Below, piece by piece: positions 63,408 through 64,000 of a stretch of DNA of 64,000 nucleotides. The position numbers and the translations under genes are program-made. The notes beneath the pieces were generated by a model. The model saw only the letters and a program-made list of their open reading frames with translations, made no database searches and was not told the origin of the DNA. Position 1 is the first letter of the stretch, and the number at the start of each line of letters is the position of its first letter. Source of the stretch: Prochlorococcaceae cyanobacterium (GTDB taxonomy: Bacteria; Cyanobacteriota; Cyanobacteriia; PCC-6307; Cyanobiaceae); assembly GCA_040399285.1 (NCBI GenBank), contig JBBASM010000004.1, positions 57,757-121,756 of the forward strand, in the 5' to 3' direction.

Positions 63408-64000
63408 TCAGGCAGCAGGGCGGGAGTGCTGATCAAAGCGACTGGCAGTTTCATTGCGCAGGGCCGGCTGGGAATCCAGGCGATCCAGGCGCTGGCGGAT
63501 GGCCCTCAGCTCGTCAAGAATTGAGCCCAGCAACTGCTGGGTGGCCGTGGAGGGGGAGTTCAGCACCTCCACCGTCACCTCCTTGATCCGCAGCACATCC
63601 CTGGCGAAACGGGCCACCTCGTTGGGGTGAAACAACAGCGGATCCTTCTGATCGCTGCGGTATTCGGGGTTGAGGCGGCGGGGATTGAAGGGGGGGTTGA
63701 GATTGCGGGGGTCGGTGTTGGTGTAGCGGTACACCGAGGCGCGCGAGCGATTGAGAGCCTTCTGCACCTCGTCGATGCCGATCAGGGCTTCAGCGGACTG
63801 GGACGGGGAATCCGCGCCAGCCGCGGCCGGTGACAACGCGCCCGGCACAAGCTGGGGGAGGGAGGCATCGGCCAGGGGGGCAGCCGGGAACGACTGAATC
63901 CCATCAGCCCCAGCCGCCGCCCGATCCGCAGCGGCGCCTCGGGGAACCACGTCTCCCAGGACATTGACATCGTCCAGGCCTGAGGGGCGATGGGGCAAGT
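63408..64000 (-). CDS. Helix-turn-helix (excisionase/MerR-like) DNA-binding protein, possibly 5'-truncated by the window edge
   Basis: IGIDEVQKALNRSRASVYRYT is an HTH-like block, followed by a helical C-terminus. The track start at 63998 is a TTG 2 nt from the window end, so the gene may continue upstream. Confidence 0.5.
   Translation of the reverse strand, partial: LPHRPSGLDDVNVLGDVVPRGAAADRAAAGADGIQSFPAAPLADASLPQLVPGALSPAAAGADSPSQSAEALIGIDEVQKALNRSRASVYRYTNTDPRNLNPPFNPRRLNPEYRSDQKDPLLFHPNEVARFARDVLRIKEVTVEVLNSPSTATQQLLGSILDELRAIRQRLDRLDSQPALRNETASRFDQHSRPAA

Overview
High-GC (about two-thirds G+C by eye, not computed), densely coding chromosome segment. Gene content points to an alpha-cyanobacterium (Cyanobium / Synechococcus subcluster 5-like): form IA RuBisCO, an alpha-carboxysome, psaM, por, ado/aar and HIP1 octamers. 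I call about 71 CDS and no rRNA, tRNA, CRISPR array, transposase or prophage. Positions 452-16804 form a carbon-concentrating super-locus, almost entirely on the minus strand: csoS1D, (rdgB on the plus strand), csoS1, cbbL, cbbS, csoS2, csoSCA, csoS4A, csoS4B, csoS1E, a ferritin-like gene, ndhF4, ndhD4, chpX, a PCD-like acRAF, cbbX and one uncharacterised secreted protein. The rest is housekeeping: por, psaM, trpF, folE, the accA/aar/ado alkane cluster, an S1-domain protein plus a Tab2-like gene, pgeF, cyAbrB, ppsA, ilvB, hemH, cobO, pyrH, frr, tal, ftsI, lepB and ppa, interspersed with conserved hypotheticals. The many long Ala/Gly/Arg/Pro-rich ORFs in the track are antisense or out-of-frame artefacts of the GC content. 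I do not see a clear-cut novel multi-gene system such as a defence island or mobile element. The best leads are single genes or small couplings: (1) a codon-optimised secreted Cys-capped protein that ends the CCM gene array; (2) a di-iron ferritin-like gene translationally coupled to csoS1E, which carries a roughly 120-aa Ser/Ala/Thr/Arg-rich N-terminal extension; (3) an unlisted 37-aa CxxC transmembrane micro-ORF coupled by ATGA to an MBL-fold hydrolase; (4) a GluR0-type ligand-gated channel with a non-canonical pore loop; (5) an orphan tyrosine recombinase with no island context; (6) domain oddities, namely an IlvB zinc-ribbon tail, a transaldolase-EF-hand fusion, a dihydroorotase-like protein lacking the HxH motif, and a membrane protein with S4-like Arg repeats. 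All calls rest on motif recognition in the supplied translations and manual reading of the DNA. No database search was run.
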